A stretch of 64,000 nt of DNA, from positions 26,860-90,859 of the forward strand of contig JAAXHL010000014.1 in the NCBI GenBank assembly GCA_012270865.1, given 5' to 3'. Below, one piece after another: positions 18,736 to 27,806 of this stretch. Source of the stretch: Candidatus Poribacteria bacterium (GTDB taxonomy: Bacteria; Poribacteria; WGA-4E; WGA-3G). The position numbers and the translations under genes were made by a program. A model generated the notes under the pieces. The model did no database searches, was not told the origin of the DNA, and saw nothing but the letters and a program-made list of their open reading frames with translations. Each line of letters begins with the position of its first letter. Positions within the stretch are counted from its first letter, which is position 1.

Positions 18736-21195
18736 TTACGAGGAGAGCGAGGCAGCGTCCTCCACTTCAGCATCACTCGGATTCTGCGGAGAGGTCGAAT
18801 CCTCACGCTCCTCAACGTTTTCTGCTGCGGTTTCGGCGAGGTTCTCCTGTCCGATTCGCAGCTGCCGTTCCGCATCAACAACGTCTCTGTTAATTTTTTC
18901 GATGCAGCGGTTGAGTTTATCAACAAGTGCCGTATGTCCAACCATTGCGCGACGGATTTGACGGAGTTGGTCAATGACGAGCCGGAAAGTTCGGACGAAG
19001 TCACCGGCATCTAAACGGGCAAATTTTTCGAGTTGATCAAATTCGCAACCTTGACTCCACGCCAACATTGCCGTACAAAGTCGGAGTTCCAACATAGGGG
19101 TCATTTCTGTTACTTTATGCTTAAATTCTAAATTCTGGACATCTGAAACTTCAGAACTGACAGCATAAAACATTTCCAACAAATTCTCATCTTTGAGGCG
19201 TTTATAGTAGCCATCTTTACGCGGTTCTGAGACGATCGCCACCATAAGACAGTTAATCTCATCTTCTGTCAGCCTTTCAAAGAAACCGCTAAATAGGAGT
19301 TGGGTCAGTTGGAGTTCGTACCCATAGATATGCGATGCTGTCGTTCCGCGTGGTAAAAGTGATTGCTCTTCAATATAACCCAATTCCTTAAGAACTCTAA
19401 GCCGCGCGGCGATCTGTTCTCTTGGATCGTTCGCGATAACCGTAGTCCGTTTTTTGAGTTTTTGGATCTGGGTTTCTGTCCCTTGAATCGCCCTATATCT
19501 TGTAGAGCACGTTTGAAAATGTTCACATCCGGTACAGAGGCTTTTTATTTCAGTCGCTTTAGCACGTTTGATGTTTCGGTAGATGACCTTTAATCTCTTC
19601 GAGCGTTCTTTTTTTCGTTTCTTACCGCGCGTTTCCGATAAAATTTGCCCTTTTTCTATATGCAGACGTTGGAGTTTTTTATCACGATCCCGCTTGTGGC
19701 GATGATGCTTCTGAATTTGCTCGCTTCCATCAATCCCTTCATGGATGCATTCCGGTTTCGGAAGCGTCTGAAGTCCCTCCGTTTTATTTTCTATCTGTTT
19801 GCTAAGTTCCGCGACACGTACACGGTTTTGATGGTTGCTGAGACTCATGGTGTAGACATCGTAAATATCGTCTCCGTACTTATCATATAGATTGAGAATA
19901 CTGGAATAGGAGAGATTAAATTGGCTCTCTATAGGTTCTACTTTGCCTGTCACCACGGATTTAATTTCCTGTTCATCAGCATACGCTGGCACGATTTGCG
20001 AGTAGACGTAACCGATAGTGTCAATTCCGCGTCTGCCAGCACGTCCTGCCATTTGGTGATATTCACGCGCTTTGAGGTAGCGAAACCCGATACCGTCGTA
20101 CTTCTCAAGGCTATCAAAAACAACGGAACAGGCAGGCATATTAATACCGACCGCAAAGGTCTCAGTCGTAAAGAGGAGTTGGATCAATCCAGAGGTGAAC
20201 AGTCTCTCTACGACCTCTTTGAGTGTCGGTAACATACCGGCGTGATGATAAGCGATCCCGCGGCCGAGAAGTCTACGAAATTTTTCGATAACCTTTTCCT
20301 CAGCGATGTCAAATAGGGCACAGAGTTCATCGAACTGTTCCAAAATTTCTGCACTCTGCCTTTTCGTGAGCAATTGTAGCTGCGCGCCGAACACCAATGC
20401 GGCAGCGTTCTCCTCACACCCTTTTCGACTGAAACAGAAATAGAGACACGGAAGCTGTGTCTCATGTTGAAGATGCGGAATCAGTCTCGTCTCAATAAAG
20501 TCGGACGGAAGGGCTTTTACGGGTTTATCACTTGGGAGATCATATTCTCGTTTACGTGCGTCTTGGTGTGCCCTGTTGCGCAGTTCACGGATATGTTTTA
20601 TAGCACCAACACCGTAATCTTTAAAATAGAGGTGATGCTCTAACGGGACGGGACGTTTTAACTCCTCAACCACTTTAATCTCAATATCTCGGACGCTTTG
20701 CATCCAATCGGCGAAAGGATTGATGTTCGGAATCGTGGCACTCAAGCAGATGAACTTGATATGTTGGGGCGCGAAGATAAGACTCTCTTCCCAGACAGTG
20801 CCGCGCTCAATATCGTTAATATAGTGGATCTCGTCAAAGATGACGTAAGAGACATCTTGCAGACGTTCGATGTCATCAAAGATGGTATTGCGGAAGATTT
20901 CGGTCGTCATCAATAGAACTTGCGCGTAGGGATTTAGCACGACATCGCCTGTGACAATACCGATTTTATCGCCGTATTCGGCATAAAAGTCCCGATACTT
21001 CTGATTGCTGAGGGCTTTGATCGGTGCCGTATAGATAACACGCTGATTTTCCTCAAGACACTTTTCGACAGCATATTCGGCGATAACCGTTTTACCGGCA
21101 CCTGTCGGTGCGGTGACAATAACCGAAGTATCCTGATTAATTGCCTCAATAGCCTCCTCTTGAAACCGATCTAATTGTAATCCTTTATAAAGCAT
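18736..21195 (-). CDS. Ski2/HelY-like DEAD/DEAH-box (SF2) helicase
   Basis: TAPTGAGKT Walker A, DEIH box, SAT motif, QMAGRAGRRG motif VI and a long C-terminal arch/DSHCT-like region. 819 aa. Confidence 0.85.
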   Translation of the reverse strand: MLYKGLQLDRFQEEAIEAINQDTSVIVTAPTGAGKTVIAEYAVEKCLEENQRVIYTAPIKALSNQKYRDFYAEYGDKIGIVTGDVVLNPYAQVLLMTTEIFRNTIFDDIERLQDVSYVIFDEIHYINDIERGTVWEESLIFAPQHIKFICLSATIPNINPFADWMQSVRDIEIKVVEELKRPVPLEHHLYFKDYGVGAIKHIRELRNRAHQDARKREYDLPSDKPVKALPSDFIETRLIPHLQHETQLPCLYFCFSRKGCEENAAALVFGAQLQLLTKRQSAEILEQFDELCALFDIAEEKVIEKFRRLLGRGIAYHHAGMLPTLKEVVERLFTSGLIQLLFTTETFAVGINMPACSVVFDSLEKYDGIGFRYLKAREYHQMAGRAGRRGIDTIGYVYSQIVPAYADEQEIKSVVTGKVEPIESQFNLSYSSILNLYDKYGDDIYDVYTMSLSNHQNRVRVAELSKQIENKTEGLQTLPKPECIHEGIDGSEQIQKHHRHKRDRDKKLQRLHIEKGQILSETRGKKRKKERSKRLKVIYRNIKRAKATEIKSLCTGCEHFQTCSTRYRAIQGTETQIQKLKKRTTVIANDPREQIAARLRVLKELGYIEEQSLLPRGTTASHIYGYELQLTQLLFSGFFERLTEDEINCLMVAIVSEPRKDGYYKRLKDENLLEMFYAVSSEVSDVQNLEFKHKVTEMTPMLELRLCTAMLAWSQGCEFDQLEKFARLDAGDFVRTFRLVIDQLRQIRRAMVGHTALVDKLNRCIEKINRDVVDAERQLRIGQENLAETAAENVEEREDSTSPQNPSDAEVEDAASLSS

Positions 21196-21327
21196 TCAGC
21201 CCCCTATGTCCCTTGGCACTTCTCTCCGCAACAAACAAGTAACTTAGCGTATGACGTTGATATTAATTTTAATAGATACGGTATATCTTTGTCAAGCGAA
21301 ATTTTGTTTAGGATTCTATCTGCAAGA

Positions 21328-21357
21328 TTGCAATACGGTTTGGAGATGTGTTATACT
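21328..21357 (+). promoter_or_regulatory. sigma70-type promoter
   Basis: TTGCAA (21328-21333), 18-nt spacer, TGT-TATACT (extended -10, 21352-21357). Lies 50 nt upstream of ATG 21408. Confidence 0.45.
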
Positions 21358-21407
21358 AACATGAAAGTTCCACGCTATTTTCGTTTAGAGGTTCTGAAAA
21401 ACCTACC

Positions 21408-22142
21408 ATGCCCATTAAAGTATTCGATTACCCCTTAATCCATATTCCAGCAGGTGCGTTTACGATGGGGACGATCCCGACTGGACTGCGGAAGACCGAC
21501 CCCGAAGAGCCGCAACGCAGTGTAACGCTTGACGCTTACGCCATCGGTGCGTATCAGGTCACGAATGCCCAGTACGCCCGGTTTCTGGAAGATGTGGATC
21601 ATTTACCGCCGCCATTCTGGAGCGACGACCGTTTTAATGCGCCCGATTATCCCGTTGTCGGTGTGAGTTGGTACGAGGCGACGAATTTTATGGAGTGGCT
21701 CAACAAGATTGAAAATAGCGGTTCTGAAGAGATAGAATATCGCCTTCCAACAGAGGCGGAGTGGGAGAAGGCGGCTCGTGGTACGGATGCGCGCGAGTAT
21801 CCTTGGGGAGATAGGTGGGATGCGAGTCGCGCGAACACCTCGGAATCGCGAAACGGTCAATTGATGCCAGCGGGAAGTTATCCATCAGGTGTAAGTCCTT
21901 ACGGGTGCTACGATATGGCAGGCAACGCCTACGATTGGTGTAGCGACTGGTTCCATAGAGAAACATATAAATACTCGCCCGCGGAGAATCCGTTGGGGGC
22001 AAGTGTAGGTCGGCGGAGGGTGATTCGGGGTGGTTCGTGGATCGCGCGAGGTGAGTTTGCTGGACGTTGCGCGAACCGTGCGGCGTACGAACCGATCCAA
22101 AGCGTCCATAGCGTCAGTTTTCGGATTGCGGTGGATGGATAG
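21408..22142 (+). CDS. formylglycine-generating enzyme (SUMF1/FGE) family protein
   Basis: Motifs ...YPVVGVSWYEA..., RLPTEAEWEKAARG and RVIRGGSW...CANR, typical of the FGE-sulfatase domain. Confidence 0.85.
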   Translation: MPIKVFDYPLIHIPAGAFTMGTIPTGLRKTDPEEPQRSVTLDAYAIGAYQVTNAQYARFLEDVDHLPPPFWSDDRFNAPDYPVVGVSWYEATNFMEWLNKIENSGSEEIEYRLPTEAEWEKAARGTDAREYPWGDRWDASRANTSESRNGQLMPAGSYPSGVSPYGCYDMAGNAYDWCSDWFHRETYKYSPAENPLGASVGRRRVIRGGSWIARGEFAGRCANRAAYEPIQSVHSVSFRIAVDG

Positions 22143-22144
22143 AT

Positions 22145-23224
22145 ATGGAGAAAAAACAATTAATCGAACACTGCCAAGATTTTCGTGAGGCGTTGCTGGA
22201 CTGGTTCGGACGTTACCAACGTGACCTGCCGTGGCGGCGGACGGACGATCCGTATCGTATCTGGGTCTCTGAGGTGATGCTCCAACAGACACAAGTCAAG
22301 AAGGTTGTGGACTACTATGAGAAGTTCATCAATCGGTTTCCAAGTGTCCGGGATTTGGCAGCGGCACCATTACAAGATGTGCTGAAGACATGGGAAGGAT
22401 TGGGGTATTATGCCAGGGCGCGGAACCTTCACAAAGCCGCGCAGGTCGTTGTAGATGAATTGAATGGTGAGGTTCCACGCGATTATGCGACCTTTCGGAA
22501 GTTACCGGGTGTGGGCGATTACAGCGCGGCGGCGGTGCAGAGCATCGCTTTTAACGCGCCTTATGCTGCAGTGGACGGAAACATCAAACGCGTGCTGGCG
22601 CGACTGTTCCTCATGGAAGCACCGATTAACGATGCGAAGTCGGCAAAGGTATTTCAACAGAAATCGGACGCACTTTTGGACCGAAACGAACCCGGACTTT
22701 TCAATCAGTCCGTGATGGAATTGGGGGCAGTGATCTGTCGTCCACAATCGCCAGCGTGTCTCGTCTGTCCTGTGAACGCGTTTTGTGAGGCGTTCCACGC
22801 GACACGTCAAGCCGAATTTCCGAAGCGACGTGAGACAAAACCTACGCCAGAGCATTATCTCGCCGTCGGAGTTATCTATAATAAGAGAGGCGAAGTGTTG
22901 CTGACACAACGGCAGCTGGACGGGTTGCTCGGCGGACTCTGGGAGTTCCCGGGCGGTCAAATCAGGGAAGGTGAAACGGCAGAAAACGCGTGTGTCCGTA
23001 ATATCGCTGAGGTCGTCAATCTCAGTGTCACGAACGTGCGGTATCTGACGCGCGTCCGGCACGCTTACACGCATTTCAAGATCGTTGTGGACGTGTTTCA
23101 GTGTGATTATGCAGCGGGTGAGGTCGTGTTGAATGGACCGCGGGATGCGAAGTGGCTTGCAATTTCGGCACTACAAGATTATCCGCTCCCGCGCGCGACG
23201 CATAAGTTTTTAGAGGAATTATAG
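22145..23224 (+). CDS. mutY: A/G-specific adenine DNA glycosylase
   Basis: Motifs VSEVMLQQTQV and GLGYYARARNLH. 4Fe-4S loop C-x6-C-x2-C-x5-C (CRPQSPACLVCPVNAFC). C-terminal NUDIX-like domain. Confidence 0.92.
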   Translation: MEKKQLIEHCQDFREALLDWFGRYQRDLPWRRTDDPYRIWVSEVMLQQTQVKKVVDYYEKFINRFPSVRDLAAAPLQDVLKTWEGLGYYARARNLHKAAQVVVDELNGEVPRDYATFRKLPGVGDYSAAAVQSIAFNAPYAAVDGNIKRVLARLFLMEAPINDAKSAKVFQQKSDALLDRNEPGLFNQSVMELGAVICRPQSPACLVCPVNAFCEAFHATRQAEFPKRRETKPTPEHYLAVGVIYNKRGEVLLTQRQLDGLLGGLWEFPGGQIREGETAENACVRNIAEVVNLSVTNVRYLTRVRHAYTHFKIVVDVFQCDYAAGEVVLNGPRDAKWLAISALQDYPLPRATHKFLEEL

Positions 23225-23391
23225 CCGTCAGCCGTCAGCAAGAATAGCCATCGGTTTCCGTTAGCCATCAGTAACAAGAGGTTTTGATTAACAGAAAACC
23301 CTCTTTGCTAACTGTTCTTACTGCGAGGCAAGGTTTTTCTACGAAAAAAAACCGCCCTGATCGCTGACGGCTGATAGCTGACAACCGATCG
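23225..23391. repeat. heptad-periodic palindromic intergenic element
   Basis: Left arm gccgtcagccgtcagc. Right arm gctgacggctgatagctgacaac (reverse-complement register). Internal aggtttttctacgaaaaaaaacc hairpin module. Confidence 0.75.
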
Positions 23392-24342
23392 CTAATTCGC
23401 CCCAAACCGTGCTTCATATTTTTCCCAGACTTCATCGGGTAGCGGGGTGCTGGCGGCGCGGACGTTTGCCTCAAGCTGCTCGACATTGAGACTCCCAATG
23501 TTGTTGCCTTGAATCCGATCTTCTTTCAGACAGAACTGGAGTGCAAGTTGCAGCAGACTTATGCCTTCTTCAACGCACCATTCCCAAATTGGGTATGATG
23601 CTGCAACATCCCCTTCTTTTTTCCAGCGTCCACGTTCAATTTCTGCGTCGAGATCAACACCTGTCAGGATACCGCGCAGGATTGACCAACCGTTCATGAC
23701 CCCGATGTCGGCTTCAGCGGCGGCGGGTAGAACCTCGTCAGCGGCAGTCTGGCGGATAAGGTTATAGTCGTTGAAGCATAAGATGAGATCAACATCGCCT
23801 GTCGCCATCGCCTTGAGATGGAAATCGTGCTGACGCATCCCGTAGCCGACGTAGTTCACGAGTCCGCGGGCTTTGCACTGGAGTAAACCGTCAAGCGTGC
23901 CTCCTTTTTCGAGCGTCGGGTCGATTTCGATGGGGTCGTGGATAAGCATACCGTCGAAGTAGTCTACATTGAGAATCTGGAGCTGGTCTTCGAGGTCAGC
24001 GATGGTGCGTTCGGCGGAATAGTCGGGTCTACCTTGTCCGTAGCCGCCCCATTCTGCGGCGGAGTGGCAACAGAGTCTGCCGGTGATGATGACATCCTCA
24101 CGCGGGACCTCCTTCATTGCCAATCCGAGTTTCCGCAAGGAATCTCCATAACAGCGTGCGCAATCGAAATGGTTCACGCCAATGGATATGGAGTGTTTGA
24201 TGAGTGCAATAGCGTCCTCATCAGAAACGAAGCCGAAGTTGTTGCCGAACCCCTGCGTCCCGAATGGGACGACAGGGATACTCAACTCCGTTCTTCCTAA
24301 CCGTCGTCTCGGAATTGTGGGTAGGTCTTGGTTGGTTGCCAT
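23392..24342 (-). CDS. aldo/keto reductase
   Basis: 316 aa with AKR-like N-terminus (LGRTELSIPVVPFGTQGFG...) and ...FDCARCYGDSLRKLG. Confidence 0.8.
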   Translation of the reverse strand: MATNQDLPTIPRRRLGRTELSIPVVPFGTQGFGNNFGFVSDEDAIALIKHSISIGVNHFDCARCYGDSLRKLGLAMKEVPREDVIITGRLCCHSAAEWGGYGQGRPDYSAERTIADLEDQLQILNVDYFDGMLIHDPIEIDPTLEKGGTLDGLLQCKARGLVNYVGYGMRQHDFHLKAMATGDVDLILCFNDYNLIRQTAADEVLPAAAEADIGVMNGWSILRGILTGVDLDAEIERGRWKKEGDVAASYPIWEWCVEEGISLLQLALQFCLKEDRIQGNNIGSLNVEQLEANVRAASTPLPDEVWEKYEARFGAN

Positions 24343-24523
24343 AGAGAGTTCCTTTCTATTGGTTGTCAGTTATCAGTACGATTTTTCTGCGAAAAATCTT
24401 TCAGTTAACAGGACTCAGTTTTCAGAGGAAGAGTTAACAGTTACCAGTGTCCAGTTACCAGAACGCTCTTTAACTGTTAACTGACAACTGTTAACTGACA
24501 ACTGTTAACTGACAACTATTTCC
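24343..24523. repeat. heptad-periodic palindromic intergenic element with a 14-mer x3 run
   Basis: Module gttatcagtacgatttttctgcgaaaaatctttcagttaacag at 24362-24411. aactgttaactgac x3 at 24472-24513, then aactatt. Confidence 0.85.
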
Positions 24524-25147
24524 CTAATACTGATCTGAGCCTTCGAGTGGAAGTGGCACTACCCAGACGTTCCGATACCTAACGTCGTTGCCGTGATCCT
24601 GCAAGCGGAGCGGTCCTGGCTCGTGGGCTGCGCCCATGCTCCCACCTGTCACGCCTGCCAATTGCGCGTTGTTGATGATGACCAAGCCGTTCTGGATGAC
24701 GGTGATACGTGGAGTTTCCGTCACTTCGCCGTTGTCGTTGAAACGTGGCGCGCGGAAGGTAATATCGTAAGACTGCCATTCAAGCGGTGGTTTGCAAGCG
24801 TTGACGAGCGGTGCGAACTGGTTGTAGATTGCGCCGCAATCGCCTTTTCCTGGGGCATCAATGCCGTAGGAGTCCAAGACCTGAACTTCGTATCGACCTT
24901 GAAGGAAGACACCACTGTTGCCTTTCGCCTGTCCGGAGGCTTCAGGCATATCGGGGCACCTGAATTCGATATGGACGAAGTGATCCGTGAAGGTTTCTTT
25001 ACTGATGATGTCGCCGGTGCGTGGAATAACGAGCATTGCGTCGTCTTCGACTTCCCAACCGGGCTCATCGCCGTTTAGGTTCGTCCAGTTACTGAGGTCT
25101 GTGCCGTCAAAAAGAACAACTGCGGATTCTGGAGGTGTTTGTGTCAT
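24524..25147 (-). CDS. DUF1080 (3-keto-disaccharide-hydrolase-like) domain protein
   Basis: Motifs ...NSGVFLQGRYEVQVLDS... and ...GPLRLQDHGNDVRYRNVWV, characteristic of DUF1080. Confidence 0.8.
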   Translation of the reverse strand: MTQTPPESAVVLFDGTDLSNWTNLNGDEPGWEVEDDAMLVIPRTGDIISKETFTDHFVHIEFRCPDMPEASGQAKGNSGVFLQGRYEVQVLDSYGIDAPGKGDCGAIYNQFAPLVNACKPPLEWQSYDITFRAPRFNDNGEVTETPRITVIQNGLVIINNAQLAGVTGGSMGAAHEPGPLRLQDHGNDVRYRNVWVVPLPLEGSDQY

Positions 25148-25230
25148 GAGTTTTCCTTTCGCGTGTTATGCGTTGAAAATAACGATTTTTCACTATTTTA
25201 AAGAAATCCGTTTTTTTGTCAAGACATTTA

Positions 25231-25262
25231 GCCGTCAGCCATTCTTGCTGACTGCTGATGGT
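25231..25262. repeat. heptad-periodic repeat run
   Basis: gccgtca gccattc ttgctga ctgctga tggt. This is the reverse complement of the motif seen at 23225-23250. Confidence 0.6.
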
Positions 25263-25271
25263 TAAACCCCC

Positions 25272-25299
25272 TTGACAAAAACCTCTGTGTGGATATAAT
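25272..25299 (+). promoter_or_regulatory. consensus sigma70 promoter
   Basis: TTGACA (25272-25277), 16-nt spacer, TATAAT (25294-25299). Lies 44 nt upstream of ATG 25343. Confidence 0.6.
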
Positions 25300-25342
25300 T
25301 GTATGGAAACTTACGAAGTCTCACGAAGGAGTTTCAATCTCC

Positions 25343-26794
25343 ATGCCAGGTCCCAATCTTCTATATATCCATTCCGACCAACACAATCCCTACGTGACCG
25401 GTTGTTACGGCGACCGGTTGGTTCAGACACCTCATCTTGATAGCCTCACTGCTGAAGGCGTGGTACTTGAAAACGTCTATTGCCCGTCTCCGATTTGTGT
25501 GCCGTCCCGGATGTCGATGCTGAGTGGACGCTACCCGCACGAAAATGCGGTGTGGACGAACAGCCATATCCTCGATTCTGGGATACCGACCTTCGCACAT
25601 GCGATGGGTGCCGCGGGGTATCAACCCGTACTCATTGGACGGATGCATGCGTTGGGACCGGATCAGCTGCACGGGTATGCCGAGCGTCTTGTCGGGGACC
25701 ACGGACCGAACTATCACGGTGGAGGTGGTGTCGATCACGGCGAACTCTCTGGAACTGCGGGACCGGCGCGTGTGAGTCTCGAAAAATCGGGCGCGGGACA
25801 GAGCGCGTATCAGGTTCACGATGAGGACGTTACTGCCGCGACGGTCGATTATCTCAATCGGCTCGGTGTCCAGAAACGGGCAGGACTTTTGGATACACCC
25901 TTTTCGATTTCGGTTGGGTTCATGCTGCCGCATCAGCCGTTTGTTGCGCGTCAAGAGGATTACGAACTTTATGAAGGACAGATGACGATGCCTGAAAACC
26001 CTGAGCCGTTTTCGGAGACGTTGCATCCTTATTTCCGGTGGTGGCGTGAGAAGTGTGGGATTGTAGAGGTCTCCGATGCTGAGATTCTCCGCGCACGCAC
26101 GGCGTATTGGGCATTGGTTACGCGGATGGACGTGATGATTGGGCAGATATTGACAGCACTCCGAGAGAACGGGTTGGACGAGAACACACTCATCCTCTAT
26201 AGTTCGGATCACGGCGAGCAGGTCGGTGAACACGGACTCTGGTGGAAACAGACCTTCTATGAGCATTCGGTGAAGGTTCCGGCGATTATGTCGTGGCGCG
26301 GCACGCTACCGGAAGGTGTCCGATGCGATCGCGTCGTCAGCGCACTGGACCTAAATGCGACGATGCTCGATGCACTCGGTGCCCCTGCACTGCCACACTC
26401 TCGTGGACGGAGTACACTGCCGCTGCTCCGTGACGAAGATACACAGTGGGAGGACAGCGCCTTTTCTGAATATTGTACCGATGACGGGTGTTATCATCGT
26501 ATGGTTCGCGATGGTGAGTGGAAGTTGAATTACTATCACGAGCAACCGCCGCAGCTATTCAACTTGGCGGAAGATCCAAACGAATTACATGACCGAACAG
26601 ACGATCCCGGATGCCAAAACATTTTGGCACGATTGAGAGAAAAAGTATTAGATGGCTGGGACCCAGAGAAAGTCGCAGCACAGATGGCAGCGAAACGCGC
26701 AGACACACAACTCCTCGGTCGATGGGGACGGAATACACAACCAACGGATCAGTACCGTTGGAATTTATTACCAGAAATGGATTATTTGGAATAA
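25343..26794 (+). CDS. FGly-dependent sulfatase (arylsulfatase family)
   Basis: Canonical CVPSRMSMLSGRYPH (C-x-P-x-R) motif and SSDHGE metal site. AAGGAG 11 nt before ATG 25343. The ORF-track GTG at 25289 lies inside the promoter. Confidence 0.88.
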   Translation: MPGPNLLYIHSDQHNPYVTGCYGDRLVQTPHLDSLTAEGVVLENVYCPSPICVPSRMSMLSGRYPHENAVWTNSHILDSGIPTFAHAMGAAGYQPVLIGRMHALGPDQLHGYAERLVGDHGPNYHGGGGVDHGELSGTAGPARVSLEKSGAGQSAYQVHDEDVTAATVDYLNRLGVQKRAGLLDTPFSISVGFMLPHQPFVARQEDYELYEGQMTMPENPEPFSETLHPYFRWWREKCGIVEVSDAEILRARTAYWALVTRMDVMIGQILTALRENGLDENTLILYSSDHGEQVGEHGLWWKQTFYEHSVKVPAIMSWRGTLPEGVRCDRVVSALDLNATMLDALGAPALPHSRGRSTLPLLRDEDTQWEDSAFSEYCTDDGCYHRMVRDGEWKLNYYHEQPPQLFNLAEDPNELHDRTDDPGCQNILARLREKVLDGWDPEKVAAQMAAKRADTQLLGRWGRNTQPTDQYRWNLLPEMDYLE

Positions 26795-26818
26795 ATTTTA
26801 CATGAAAGGAGAAATAAC

Positions 26819-27697
26819 ATGGCGAACAGTCCAATACTTAAAGGTGAGCGTTTTAGCGCAGAACGGACAACAGAGATTGCTGAACAATTTTTCCGTGATG
26901 GGTTTGTCTATCTTCCGGGCGTGTTGACAGAATCAGAAGTTACCGCGCTACGAGAGAAATCGGACGAACTTTTTGCGGACCCGGAACTTATGGAAAGAAC
27001 GAACGCAGAACTTGCGGATGTCCGATATATCCAGATGGGTGCACACACCGAATCGGGTGAAGCGTTACCTTTCATTCTGCGGAATACGATTGAATTGGAT
27101 CCGATTTTTCGAGATATGCTCCTCCGTGAACCGATTCTGAGTTTAGCAGAGGCGATCGTCGGTGAGAACTGCAAATTTTGTGGGCAGAATGTGCTGCGGA
27201 ACCTTCCCGGTCTCTCGATTGACACGTGGCATGTAGACGGTTCGGTGCATTTCCCGGTCACCGAGGAGATGCCGCGCCACGACCCGCGTTTGCGGATGCC
27301 TGTGATGTGGTTTACCGTCCAGATGGCGTTAAACGATATTGATACCATAGAAGAGGGTCCGACGCAATACGTACCGGGTAGCCATTACTCCGGTAGGCAT
27401 CCGAACAGTCAAGAGAATCCTGAGTTTGAAGGCAATAAGCCTGTCTCTATTTTCTGTAAGGCGGGGGATATTTACCTACAGGACCCACAGTGTTGGCACC
27501 GCGGTGCGCCGAACTTGTCTAACAAGACGCGCTATATTATACAATCGCAATACGCGGCGTATTGGGCGTATTGGCGGTTTAGTCTTTGCAACGGTGTGCC
27601 TGTGCCTGAAGAGGTCCTGCAAGATGGGGATGATCGGTTGATGCGCCTTTTAGGTCGTCCGCGGGTGAGTGAATTGAACAAGACTCACGCGAATTGA
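26819..27697 (+). CDS. phytanoyl-CoA dioxygenase (PhyH) family Fe(II)/2OG oxygenase
   Basis: 292 aa with WHVDG (H-x-D) and a distal ...CWHRGAPN histidine. Confidence 0.8.
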   Translation: MANSPILKGERFSAERTTEIAEQFFRDGFVYLPGVLTESEVTALREKSDELFADPELMERTNAELADVRYIQMGAHTESGEALPFILRNTIELDPIFRDMLLREPILSLAEAIVGENCKFCGQNVLRNLPGLSIDTWHVDGSVHFPVTEEMPRHDPRLRMPVMWFTVQMALNDIDTIEEGPTQYVPGSHYSGRHPNSQENPEFEGNKPVSIFCKAGDIYLQDPQCWHRGAPNLSNKTRYIIQSQYAAYWAYWRFSLCNGVPVPEEVLQDGDDRLMRLLGRPRVSELNKTHAN

Positions 27698-27717
27698 AAA
27701 AGCATGAACCCCCTAAA

Positions 27718-27740
27718 TCCCCCTTATCAGGGGGACTTTA
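27718..27740 (+). terminator. putative intrinsic terminator
   Basis: Stem TCCCCCT (27718-27724), loop TATC, stem AGGGGGA (27729-27735), then CTTTAA. Lies 20 nt after the PhyH stop codon. Confidence 0.45.
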
Positions 27741-27806
27741 AGAGCAGGACGTAAACCCTATTGAATTTGACGTGTATATTGATCGCGAGAGAGAAGGTGC
27801 GGACAG

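Noticed and set aside
25289-25342. N-terminal 18-codon extension of the sulfatase ORF (GTG 25289).
   Set aside because: The GTG lies between the -35 and -10 boxes of a consensus promoter. ATG 25343 has an AAGGAG RBS and starts the conserved PNLLYIHSDQHN block.
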